This document shows, one piece after another, positions 13,217-24,753 of a DNA stretch of 64,000 nucleotides. Positions within the stretch are counted from its first letter, which is position 1, and each line of letters opens with the position of its first letter. Below the pieces are notes generated by a model. It made no database searches. It saw nothing but the letters and a program-made list of their open reading frames with translations, and was not told the DNA's origin. Both the position numbers and the translations under genes were made by a program. Source of the DNA: Thalia democratica (taxonomy: Eukaryota); assembly GCA_965202585.1 (NCBI GenBank), contig OZ241827.1, positions 68,448,001 to 68,512,000 of the forward strand, read 5' to 3'.

Positions 13217-15871
13217 ATGGTAGAAGAAATAACGGGATCTGTCGAATACAGTTTTGATGTAAGTTTATCTGAAATATTTTTTCAGATTATTTTAGTAATA
13301 ACAAGAACTTACTTTTGATGTAATTTTTTTTCTTTAACGGTTTAGTAGTTATCATTAAACCGATGAGTTTTAATAAATTCAAAAGTTTTCAAAAAATTGA
13401 TTTTAGTACATTTTTTAAATAAGCATATGTTTTATTCTTAACTTTTAAAACGAACTTACAAAAATTTTATATATGTCTTGACAACAGTTTAACATTCATT
13501 GCATTTTTTTTTATTAGCAGACTTTACTTTAAGTTCATGTTTAATTAACTTGTTATATGGTTGTGCTTTAGAAAGAAAGTTTAGTTTTGCACATTTTTTT
13601 CAACCAACTAAGTAATGATGTATGAAACATAAAAAAACTTAATTTGAACAACTTATGTGATTAAAATTTCTTAGGTTACTTTTTTGGTTTTAATAATTCA
13701 AAAAAAAGCTGAGCAGAGTTTTGTTTGTATTTTATCAAAAACATCTTTGATAATCAGATATTATGAATTTTTATTGAAATAACTATAACTTATAAAAGTT
13801 TGTAGCGTTTATAGAATTAACTTTTAAAAAGATAATCCTTACTTTAAATAACTAACCCTGAAAAATAATTAATACGTATAAACTAGAACTTGTAAACTTA
13901 CAAACTCAAATGTTGGTAATTTTATTTAAATATCTATGTAAAACTTTTAGTTGAAGTCTTTTACTTTTAAAGTATTAAGTAAACAATAAGCGTTTTATTA
14001 ATATATCATACAAAAATATATAAAATAGATTAATAAAAAATAACCAAGATTGTATATCATTATTGAATAATCGATATGTAAAGACTACAGGTAAGAATTT
14101 AGAAATTCCAGTTAATCCATGTTAATTCTCTCTACAACTTCTTATCAACTTGGTAATTATAACTTTATTTTAAAAGTTATATATAAAAACAATATATGAT
14201 TCAGCTTGGTAAGAAAGGGAATGGGGACGGGGAGTTCAACTTGTGGGTTCAGCACTTCACTGCGAGCAGAGATGGTAGCGTCATGTACGCCTGCGATCCC
14301 GTCAACAAGAGAATCCACGTTTTTGACCTGAAGACGAGAAAATTCAAGTGATAAAAAACTTTCAGTTTAAACTGATATTTAAAAAATAAAACATACGTTT
14401 TGTTGTTAAAATTTGTTTAAAAGAAATTTGCATAATGAAAAAAAAATAATTGGAAATTCTATTTCAACGAACTCTTATGTATTCTTTTACAACAAAGTAT
14501 TCTTAGGAAAAAAAATTGAAATACAACAATTTTTGTTTTAGTTAAAATATAAAACTAACTCCGCACTTAATGATTGGTAGTCATAAAACTTATCAAAAAA
14601 AAAAACATCTTATCAAATACTTCGAACTTCCTATAACGTTCCAAAAGGTTCACAATACCGGTGACTGTCGGTCGTCATTCCTACCAACCCAGGGGCATAA
14701 ACGTTCTGAGGAACGGGAACATTTGCGTTTGTTGCGTGGGACTCGACCACGAGTCCCGCATCGCCATATTCTTTCCCGAGGGGAATTTACTGAGTTCTTT
14801 CGGTGAGGGATCGATCGGGTACCCTTCGGCGATGACCGTTGATCCTAGCGATATCGTCATCGTGTACAACAAGTTTGATTTTGAATAAATAAAGTATTGA
14901 ATAAATAATAGATTAATATCTACTATTAATATACATTTACATTTTATGATTAAATTGTTAAAAAGCTAATAAACATCAACGATTAAAAACTTATTAAGTT
15001 TCATTTGAGAACAAGCAGCATTTTACTAACCTTTGAACATAGTTGTCAAGTTTTGTATTAAAGGTATATGGTGTTTATTTTTTTAAATTAACTGTTACAC
15101 CTACTATGACGTCACAGAAGGAACACGTCGGTGAGCAGGTGGACCGCAGACGGGTGCCAGTTGAACGAGTTTGCGCTCGATGACCTCAACGGGGACATTT
15201 TGAGGATGGCAGCAGACTCCATGGGAAGGATAATCATCCCCGAACACCTTGATAACAAGGTTTTTTACGAATTTTATTGCTAGGTGGCGTGCTAAAAGTA
15301 AAGAAAATGTTAAAATTAAGATAATATAACATGAAATTTCAAGTCTTTCTGACTGCTAAGCTCTATTTTTTCTTAAGCATTAAGTTAAAGCATTTTTGTC
15401 TAAAGCATTAAGTTGAAGTGTAAACAAAATATTTTAGAAAATTTAAAATCCAAGCTTTTTTATAAGCAAACGCAGTAATGTTTGTAACGCTTGAAGCATT
15501 TTTTCCATTTGAATAAAAATATAGTTAAAAATACTTCTTGATTTTTTTCACTTTGAAATATTTCTCCCAAGGTGCACATATTCAACCCGAACGGGGCGAG
15601 GGCCATGATCATCTCGCCCCATCACCGGAGCCCCCACGCGTTCAAGTACCCGGCGGGGGTGTGCTGCGACCGCCATGACAACGTGTACGTGTGCGACCTC
15701 GGGCACCACCGAGTGGTCAAGTTCTCCAAGCAGGGGGAGTACCGGGGCGCGGTGCTGAGCGAGTTTTCGAACGAGGGGGTTTTCGACTGCCACGACGCGC
15801 AGGTTGTTTTCGGCGGGAAAATTCTCTACTCGCACCTGTCGGCTACTTTCGTGAAAGTTTTCTGCTTTTGA
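13217..15871 (+). CDS. NHL-repeat beta-propeller protein (~283 aa)
   Basis: Exons 13217-13258, 14205-14347, 14648-14872, 15118-15259 and 15572-15871 join in phase (852 nt). NHL motifs: FDLGKKGNGDGEFN, YQPRGI, YPSAMTVD, FKYPAGVCCDRHDNVYVCDLGHHRVVKFSKQG. Confidence 0.85.
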
Positions 15872-18549
15872 GTTTATTGAACATTGAAGTCTGTAGTTTT
15901 AATTTAAATTTTAAGTGTCTCAGTTTTTTTAGTTGTTTTAAAGTTTTACTCATTTTACCTTGTTATGGTAACCTATCAATTTTTATTTAATTTAGGTATT
16001 TTTTATATCTCCAATAATTTTTATTAAAATTTAAGCTTTTATTAACAATTTATTGAAAATTGAAACCTTTCCATCTGTCTGCCATCTTCGTGAAACTTTT
16101 CTGTTTTTAGTTGTAATATAAGTCGTAGTTTAAAAATTACTTTGTGTTAAATGTAACCTTTCCTTCCGCTTAAAGTTTAATTTCTATTATTATTTAAAAA
16201 CTTATTTTGACAACTTCAAATTTTTTTAAAAGCTTTTTGCTTATTGTTGTGGTTTATTACGCATTGAAGTATTTTGTTTATTTGTGTTGTTTATCAAGCC
16301 TGCCTTGTTTAAATTAACTATTTTTTACTACATGATTTCTTCAATACTCATTAAAGTTCTTTTTTCTAACTAGAACTTGTTGAACATTGCAATGTGATTT
16401 TTTTACTCATTTTTAATAAAAATTACCTGCCATATTATTGTTACTTATTGTTTTTTTACTATTTATATAATCGTTTTTGATAAATTCAATAATTCTTACA
16501 GCATTTTCTGGTTTTAACTGTAAATTATAAAGTCTACAAGTTTTAGCTTTTACTAAACTGTCTTGAGTTTTAATCTGTTCTCCCTCGTTAAGGCTACTTT
16601 TTATTTGTAAAACAGTGTATGAAACAGAATTTTTTAACGAAGTTTTCCATTTAAAGGTTGTTACGGCTTGAAAACAGATTATAAATAAAGGTTTTTTTGT
16701 TATTCCTTTGTTTAAGTCAAACTAAAACAATTAAAAGTCTAACTTAATCGTTTGAATAGTATAAATAATAAACATTTTAAAGAAAGTTTCTTTCTCTTGT
16801 AATTATAAAAAGTAGCTTCAATAACGAGTTTCAAACTTACTTACTTTAACTACACTAAACTCGATTATAAAAACCTAACACTTTATTACCAAAAGTAAAG
16901 TACTTTTCGTTGTTTGAAATTTATACTTTGCTTGACTTTGATATTAATTTTTATGAAATATGGAACCTTTCTTTATAATTATTTCACCCAGCTTAAAGTT
17001 AATGTGTTATAAAGTAATTCATTAAGTATAAATGTTATGACAAAAGTAGCAAAGCTTTTTTACTGATTTAAGCTCTATACTTTTTCTTATGTATTTAGTT
17101 GAATAAGTATAAATAAAAGCAAAACAATGCTATGATCATATGTAGTGATGTTTGTAATGTTCTAAACAACTTTGTCATAAAGTTAATAATTAAGAATTAA
17201 AAACTTTGAGTTGATTCATCAATTACTGTCTAGTTTTTTAAGTGAAAAAAAGTATTATGCTTTAAAGCAGGGTTTCCAAAGCTCAAGTCTTTAATTTCCT
17301 CTTTTGTAGAAAAATAAAATGTAATCGCCCTCCTATTCAACGATCGGTAGGCAAACTTTTGAATATGTAGTATAAGTTTCTAGAGTTTAATTAATTGTCC
17401 GTCTAACCTATTTTTTCTCTTCATAAAAACATAGAATATCTAATATACGCTAGCTGTTGTTAGCATACTAGTTACCGCCCAGTAATAATATCTCCCACTT
17501 GTTTGTTTAACTTATATTTTTCTAATTTAAATTGTAACAGAGAGTCTAACAAGGTTTATAATTTAGAACCTGTTAATTAAATATCAATAATAAACAAAAT
17601 CCAACAAATTCAAAACCGCATAAAACTATCATAAAATTAAGCTCGTTACTAGGAAACATTTCAAACGTATCTTTAAACAAGTTGTTTTGTATAAATATTT
17701 ACAAACTATTTAGTAATGTTTTGAAACATCAACAAAATGTTATCTCGTTGTATAAACAAATGCAATTTAAATAAAGTTGTTAGAAGTTCAACTAAACTGC
17801 TTGCAGTATACCAGCCAAGAAACACAGGTAAAAAATATTATTCAGTTATTATAAAAGTATTACTTGAATTTTATGTGAAACTGTAAACTGTGTTTTACTT
17901 GTCAAAGTGAATTGTGGCGAATGTTTATCTTATATATCCGGTTTAGAAAGTTGCTACAAGTAATCAAGATTTTAGTTTTTAACCAATAAACAGTTGTTTA
18001 AGACTAAAATTTTACAAAGTTTAATTACACAAACTTTTTTTTGTTTAACACAATTTAATGATTAGCTATCATAAGTGCATATAACTTACATATAATTTTT
18101 CAAGCCAGAATAGCAAGTTAAAAAGTTACATATGAACAGGCTGCAAAAGGAACTTTAATCAGGAACTGAGCTCATTGGACAATTACTTGTCAAGTTACAA
18201 TTAAACTCTCAAACTAGACACCAAGTTTAAATTCAAGGTATTTTTACTTTGTATTGTTTTTTTTACTTACAGTTTAGCAAAGTACAAAATGCAGTAGTTT
18301 TTAAACTGGAAAATCAGTTTTTGTAACTTTATCGCTGTTTAAAACTTCAAAGTGTTTTGAGTAACAAACTTTTTAAAGAACAAAAACAAATTGAGCAAAT
18401 TGTAATGATGCTTTAAAAAGCTTGGTTGAATTTTAATACATTATATACATTTTTATTATATATTGAAGTTGTTTTAACAATAAATTTTTAAAGAGCTTCA
18501 CAATTAAGGAGCCTTTATACAATTATGACAAAAGTTAAATTGTTAAAAA

Positions 18550-18605
18550 GTTTATTACTTAACAACTGTTTCACGCTAGTGCGATGATCACAAGTAAAAG
18601 TAAAC
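18550..18605 (-). ncRNA. Type I minimal hammerhead ribozyme (G3-C8 variant), copy in the PLE 3' UTR
   Basis: Minus strand reads GTTTA-CTT-TTACTT-GTGATCA-TCGC ACTA GCGT-GAAAC AGTT GTT-AAGTAA-TAAAC. Confidence 0.7.
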
Positions 18606-18810
18606 AAACTAATAAGTTGCAACGGACAAACATTTTATATAGTTTTAGATAAGTAATTAGTTGATTAGGTGATTAGTTAACTAATTGAATTTTAGTAATA
18701 TTCAGCAAGATAAATTATAATTAACGTAAATACAATCATAACAAAAATCAAACGATAAAAACAAAACTATATAATGAAAACAAAGGTAGATTAAACTTAA
18801 ATCTAGCAAA

Positions 18811-20242
18811 TTAAGACTTTAAATAAAATTTTGTAAAATGTCTACATTTTCCCACCAGTTCCGATCTCAAGTTTAAAAGTTTGTTTTTATCCGCAAATGC
18901 GATTTCGAGTCTTTCTAAGTTACATAGGGTGCAAATTTTACTGGGCTTGTTTTGGTTACTGCGATGAACAATTTCCCATTTTATCATATTTCTCCAATCA
19001 GGGTTACTATTCTTTATTTTGTGAATTAATCTACTTAATCTTGTGCTTTCTTTCTTCTTTACATCATTAAAGGATTGTGTGTGTTCGTAAAATCTATTTT
19101 TAAATTGTCTCCCAGTTGAACCAATATAAATATGTTCTTTTTTGTTATACATGACTGTTGCTTTGTAAATAACTCCTTTGGTAAGACATTCACCTTTAAC
19201 TGGACAATTGTTTTTTGATCTACAATTGCATAATTTGCGGTTTTTTTCAGTTGTATCATTTGAGTTTTGAAGTAGTTTCTGGTTGTGATTGGACAATTCT
19301 TTTTCCAAGTTGGACATGCAAGAATATGAAATCTTAATTGTGTTTCTATTAAATATAGAACCATAAAAGCCTGATTTGGGAAAATGTCTGGATACTAATT
19401 TTAGGAATTCTTTCCCTATATTCGTCTTTATAGAATTACTAAAAGGAGGATTGAAGTAAAAAACTTTCTTTTTCCTTAATTTTCTTCTACTTTTTCCAAT
19501 AGGATTACTGTGAACATATAATAGTTTTGTTTTAAAGCCACTGTTTTCTAAGGTTTTTTCATACGGATCTTTTATCTTGTCAAATATGTCTTTAGTTTTG
19601 GATAGTGATGATAACCTTTTTTGTATCATTGATGGGATTTCTTTTTTTATTGGGTATGGATGGTTTGAATTAAAGTTCATATAAATATTCTTAGCATTTT
19701 CTTTTCTAAATGGAAGGTATTCATCTTTTTCCAGGTCCATAGTTATGTCCAAAAAATCCACCCTCTGTGTGCTGAGTTCAATTGTCACTTTTAAGTTATG
19801 TTGCTGAAATACTTTCGTTAGAGATTTTCTCAGTTGATCAATAAATCTTGGTAATCGTTTTTTCACTATAAGTAAACCGTCATCTCGATAAAGGCCGCAA
19901 TTGGATATTTCGATCTTCTTATCATTAATAATCTCATTTAGGATAAATAATCCAACCAGTTCACAAATCTCTGCTCCATGAAAGCTTCCCATTGGGATGT
20001 CAAAAAGATCATGAGCAGAATTCTTTTTTATCCAGCATTCATTATTGAAAAATAGGATAGTTTTACATGAGTGAAAAATAATTTCAACTTGATCATAACT
20101 AATATCAATAAATTTTCTCGCAAATTCAATAGACTTTGTTAAGAGTTCTTTGGAAATGCTAGGGTAAAAATCTACGACATCAAATTTTATGAAAGCGTAT
20201 AGTTTCTTATTTTTAATATTGTTAAACCATTCAAGGACTTCA
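18811..20242 (-). CDS. N-terminally truncated PLE reverse transcriptase + GIY-YIG endonuclease
   Basis: RT motifs FDVVDFYPSI, PMGSFHGAEICELVG, YRDD and FLDITMD; then CNC..CP..G.C, GVIY..YIGST..RFYEH and a C-terminal CTLC. The frame is uninterrupted but has no native start. Confidence 0.9.
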
Positions 20243-20597
20243 AGTAACCAAAACAAGCCCAGTAAAATTTGCACCCTATGTAACTTAGAAAGACTCGAAA
20301 TCGCATTTGCGGATAAAAACAAACTTTTAAACTTGAGATCAGAACTGGTGGGAAAATGTAGACATTTTACAAAATTTTATTTAAAGTCTTAATTTGCTAG
20401 ATTTAAGTTTAATCTACCTTTGTTTTCATTATATAGTTTTGTTTTTATCGTTTGATTTTTGTTATGATTGTATTTACGTTAATTATAATTTATCTTGCTG
20501 AATATTACTAAAATTCAATTAGTTAACTAATCACCTAATCAACTAATTACTTATCTAAAACTATATAAAATGTTTGTCTGTTGCAACTTATTAGTTT

Positions 20598-20653
20598 GTT
20601 TACTTTTACTTGTGATCATCGCACTAGCGTGAAACAATTGTTAAGTAATAAAC
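20598..20653 (+). ncRNA. Type I minimal hammerhead ribozyme (G3-C8 variant), copy in the inverted arm
   Basis: Stem I TTACTT/AAGTAA plus GTTTA/TAAAC; core GTGATCA; stem II CGC-ACTA-GCG; GAAAC; palindromic AATT loop; GTT cleavage triplet. Confidence 0.7.
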
Positions 20654-21313
20654 TTTTTAACAATTTAACTTTTGTCATAATTGCATTTTTATTATATTTT
20701 TAAATGCATTTAGAGTAATTTTTTTACTATATGTAAAAGTTTAACACAAAAGTACTAGTTTTGATAACAACTAATAATATTTTTAATAACTTATCAATAA
20801 ACATCTAGTTTCTGTTTTTAGTTTTTTACAAAACGTTTTTAAAAACAGCTATAATTTTATTTTCCTTGCAGCTAGTTGTTTCAAAATAGTGATTTACACA
20901 TTTTTTATGAAGTTTACATTCTGTTTATCATTTTAACTTTAATGAACTTTTTTTTTATCTGACTTACACAAGCAAGTTTTATTTTTCAAGCTTTTAGTTT
21001 TTGTATTTGTGGCATACACCAACAGCTTTTTACAAAGAAGCTCGATAACAAAGCTTCAACAAAGAATTTGCTTAAAAATCAATTAGTTGCAATGCATAGC
21101 AATTCCCAACGGTGCCACAAAAACTATATTAATTTACTCAAAAACTTAATTTTCTAAACTAAAAAGTAAACCATAAAATTTGAATAAAAATTTCCAAACG
21201 AATATTTCTGGGTCAACATAAAAACCCAATTGCACTTAAATTTTCTTTAAACTAACTTAACTGAAAAAAACACAGAAAAATTTCTTCAAACTAAAATATT
21301 TAAAAAAACACAG

Positions 21314-24300
21314 AAAAATCCCCAAGACCACGAGAACGACCTGTACTTCCAGCTGGGGCTGGCCGACCCGGGCGAAACCGGGTTCAAGTTCAACTTCGAG
21401 CACACCTACGACGACGTTGAAGCGAACTCGCACGACCTCCCTGATGGAAGAAAAAGTTTGTATGCTGTTTCTATGTTATTTTGCTATTTGTCTGATGTTT
21501 GTGTTTTGCTTTAAGGGTTTTAGCAGGTTGTGTTGATTTTTTTTTTGGAAGTTTGTAAAATGGCTCTTAAGTTTTCAAAACGATTTCGATTAAAACTTGA
21601 AAATCACTTGTATTATTAAAGCAAAAATTTTAAGTATGTGTACTAATATCACAGGTTTTCAATTACAGCTCGTGTAACTGTAATATTACTATTTATAAAA
21701 AAAAAACTTTCCTAAAATGAGAAAACGTAGGCCAATCATTTAAAAAACGTTTTATAAACTATCATTCTAACAACTAATGAAATGAATACTTTCATGTACA
21801 GTTTTAGCAGTTACATTAGTCATATATTCATTTTTTATTAACAGTCTTAGCAGTAATGGACGAGTGGAATCCGAATTTTGTTTACCTACTGAGGGTTTCG
21901 TTCATGATGAGGTACTAAATTGAAAATTTAAATTAGAATTGTTTCATACAATAAAAGTGAAATTGCTTCGTGAAAGATTAGAATTTACTTTTAAAAGTTT
22001 TTTATGTGATTCAAACTTATATTAAAAACTTTTTATGTTTTCTTAATAACTTTTTTACAAATAAATACAGTAAAGTTTAATATTTTTTTTTTATAAATTT
22101 AAGAAAATTGTTTCAATTACAACTTAGATGCTTCTATTGATTTATAAAATAACAAAAAACTCGACTGTTTTACAAAAGAATCTCTCAACTATTTAAACTA
22201 GGTAAAAAGTGATAACTATAATTTTACTTTCCAGGATTCTTCTGAGCAAGATGGACCAGCTGATGAGCGGAGAAATGAACAACTTCCAGTCGCTCTGTGA
22301 CGTCATAATCAACGAGCTGGAGCAGCACGGATCCGAGGAGCAGCTCAGCTACACCATCCAGAAATTAGTGCAGTAAGAAAAAACACTTTATTACATTTTT
22401 TTAATACTTTTTGGAGTAGATAAAAGGACTGTATATGTATAAAGTGAAAGTTTGTTAAGTATAGTCGTAAAAATTTGTTCTCTTTTAGTACAACTTTATA
22501 TTTACAAAATGACATAAGTATTCTATTAATTTAGTTTATTTTTTCAACTTAGATATATGTGGCTTGTTATCACAATAAAGTAAAGTAAAAAGAATAATTT
22601 ATTGCACATTTAAAGAGTATAAACATGGTTTACTACTTAAGTAAAACTGTATTTGAAATATATTTGCAATACAATTGACTTAACTTTATTCAAGTACACG
22701 ACAAACTAACACAAAAACTGTACACCACATGAAATCAATTAGTTTTTATTACCATTTCTTCACTCCCTTCCACTTTTTCCATTTCGACTAACTCACGACC
22801 GCCCCACTTCAACAGCGACCTGATGAAGGAGGAGCTGCCGAAGCCGCGCAAGAAGGACACGTGGCAGGTGACCGAGGCCAAGAACGATTTGCGCCAAATT
22901 GTCAACTCCACCCACCATTTACTCACCGTCCCCGACCAGTACCGCGCCTCGTTCGTCTCCGAGTGGATCCGGCTGTACCTGGAGTTCGCCGCCCACCTCA
23001 AGCAGTTCCCCACCAAGCACCGTCACCTGGACGACCGGGTGCTGCACAAGTACGGCAGCCCGAGCACACCGTACCTGTTCCATCTGGGCAACATTAAAAA
23101 AGTTTGTTTCTTGGAACTTTTATTAGAGAAAACTTGTTTGTTGAAAAACTAAAATTAAATAGTACTTTTTAAGCCCTTATTTCTTTAAAAAATAGTTAAA
23201 AGAAAAAATAGATTTATGTTTAAAATTGAAATTTAACCCCAACATTTATCTTTTGATGTAATCTTTTTTGTTTTTTTTTGTTTTGTTAGCTTAAAATTTT
23301 TCAGTTTTTATTAAACTTAAGTAGCTTTATCACGGCTTATGTAGTTACATTTGTTCTTGTATAACTAGATTATTAACACAGCAAGCCTTAAAAATACTTA
23401 AGAAAAATTGCAAACTCGATGATTATATACACCTATAGCTGTTTTAGAATTAAATATAAGTTTTATTATAGTTTTTAATTCTCTAAAGTAATTTTGATTT
23501 AGCTCTTATAAACTGAAAGTTTATCGATTTCTATCAAACCGAAAATTTCCAGCTTCAAAACGAAAAACCCTCCCTGCAAACGCTGGAGGAGAAAAACTTC
23601 CGCCAGATGTCGTTCTCGAGGGACGTCTTGGGGTACGTGCACTGCTACGCCAACCTGAACGTGGACAAGAAGTCGGACCAGCAGGCCAGGGACAAACTGG
23701 CGTGCACCATAATGGACATACACGCCAACTTTTTCGGGTTGGGGGATTTTTTGTAAATGTGCTTGAAATTTATACTTAAAACTTAAATAGCGACTAATGA
23801 AAGGAGGTAGAAGTTTTGTAAAGTTTTTATTTATTTTATAAACTGGCCTGCATCTTGATGGGTATACACTGCAAATTTTTCTGGTTTTTTATTTTTATTT
23901 TTTAGTATAATTGGACAACTTGATTTTCTTTAAAAAAAATAGAATATTATTTTCCTTCATTTAATCATGGACCCCCACTCCAAGTTTTTTAGGTTAGGGG
24001 ATTTTTTGTGCTTTTGCACTTAACCTGGTCAACTGATGTTGCTTTAAACTTTTTTGTGTCTTTAAGTTTTTAAAAAGCTACTGACGCATAGTGAGAGATA
24101 TTGGAAATAGTATTTTTTTCTAGTTATTTTAAAGTTTTCTAGTTATTATTGTAGTAAAGGTTCTAGTTATTGCTCCGGAGGCAACAAAAGTTAACAAACC
24201 AAGAAGCTGACTTCCCTAGTTCCGCATTTATTTTTGCATAAAATAAATCAAATTGTCACATAATAATTTCAGTAATTGTAGCTGCTACTCCAATAATGTA

Positions 24301-24753
24301 TCACATAATAAATCCCGAATACTTCATTGTTTCAGTTAGTTCTCGTAACACGTTAAAACATATTCTTTTAACAACTCAGGTTGCAGCAGAGGGGAGGTTC
24401 ATTGCTGCTATTCCAAGAAATGAATCAAAATATTATATGAATTTAACCAGTAATTAGTTTGTAATTTGTAAAACAATTTTACCTAATCCTCGCAATCACC
24501 GAGTCTTAATTGCCATGAACTCACTCCTAAAATTTTGTAAACAATAACCTATTTAGCCTGTTTCAAAAATATCAATTATCACAGTGATTGCAGCGGAGGG
24601 GAAGTACCCTGCTGCTACTACTCCAAGGAGGACTACTACGACTTCGTGCACGCCATCATCAAGCAGCTGAGCAAGCTAAAGGGGATCAACGAGCTGGAGG
24701 GGCACGATAACACCCTGAACAGCTGCATGGAGATACTGCAAGTGGTTGGTTGA
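21314..24753 (+). CDS. Orphan multi-exon, predicted helical protein (5' end and last exon uncertain)
   Basis: Exons 21314-21455, 21845-21911, 22235-22372, 22816-23101, 23553-23737 and 24594-24753 join in phase (978 nt). A CTAAC branch point lies before 22816. No family recognised. Confidence 0.75.

Larger units (their letters stand above)
18520..20683 (-). mobile_element. Young 5'-truncated Penelope-like retroelement with its 3' end duplicated in inverted orientation
   Basis: Arms 18520-18960 and 20243-20683 are reverse complements (three mismatches counted by eye) and enclose an RT plus GIY-YIG reading frame. Confidence 0.92.

Noticed and set aside
20243-20322. N-terminal 27 codons of the 503-aa ORF, and the + strand ORF 20189-20392
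   Set aside because: Both arise from the inverted arm: the first is antisense of the element's own 3' end and the second is the duplicated endonuclease tail. Neither is a real start or a separate gene.
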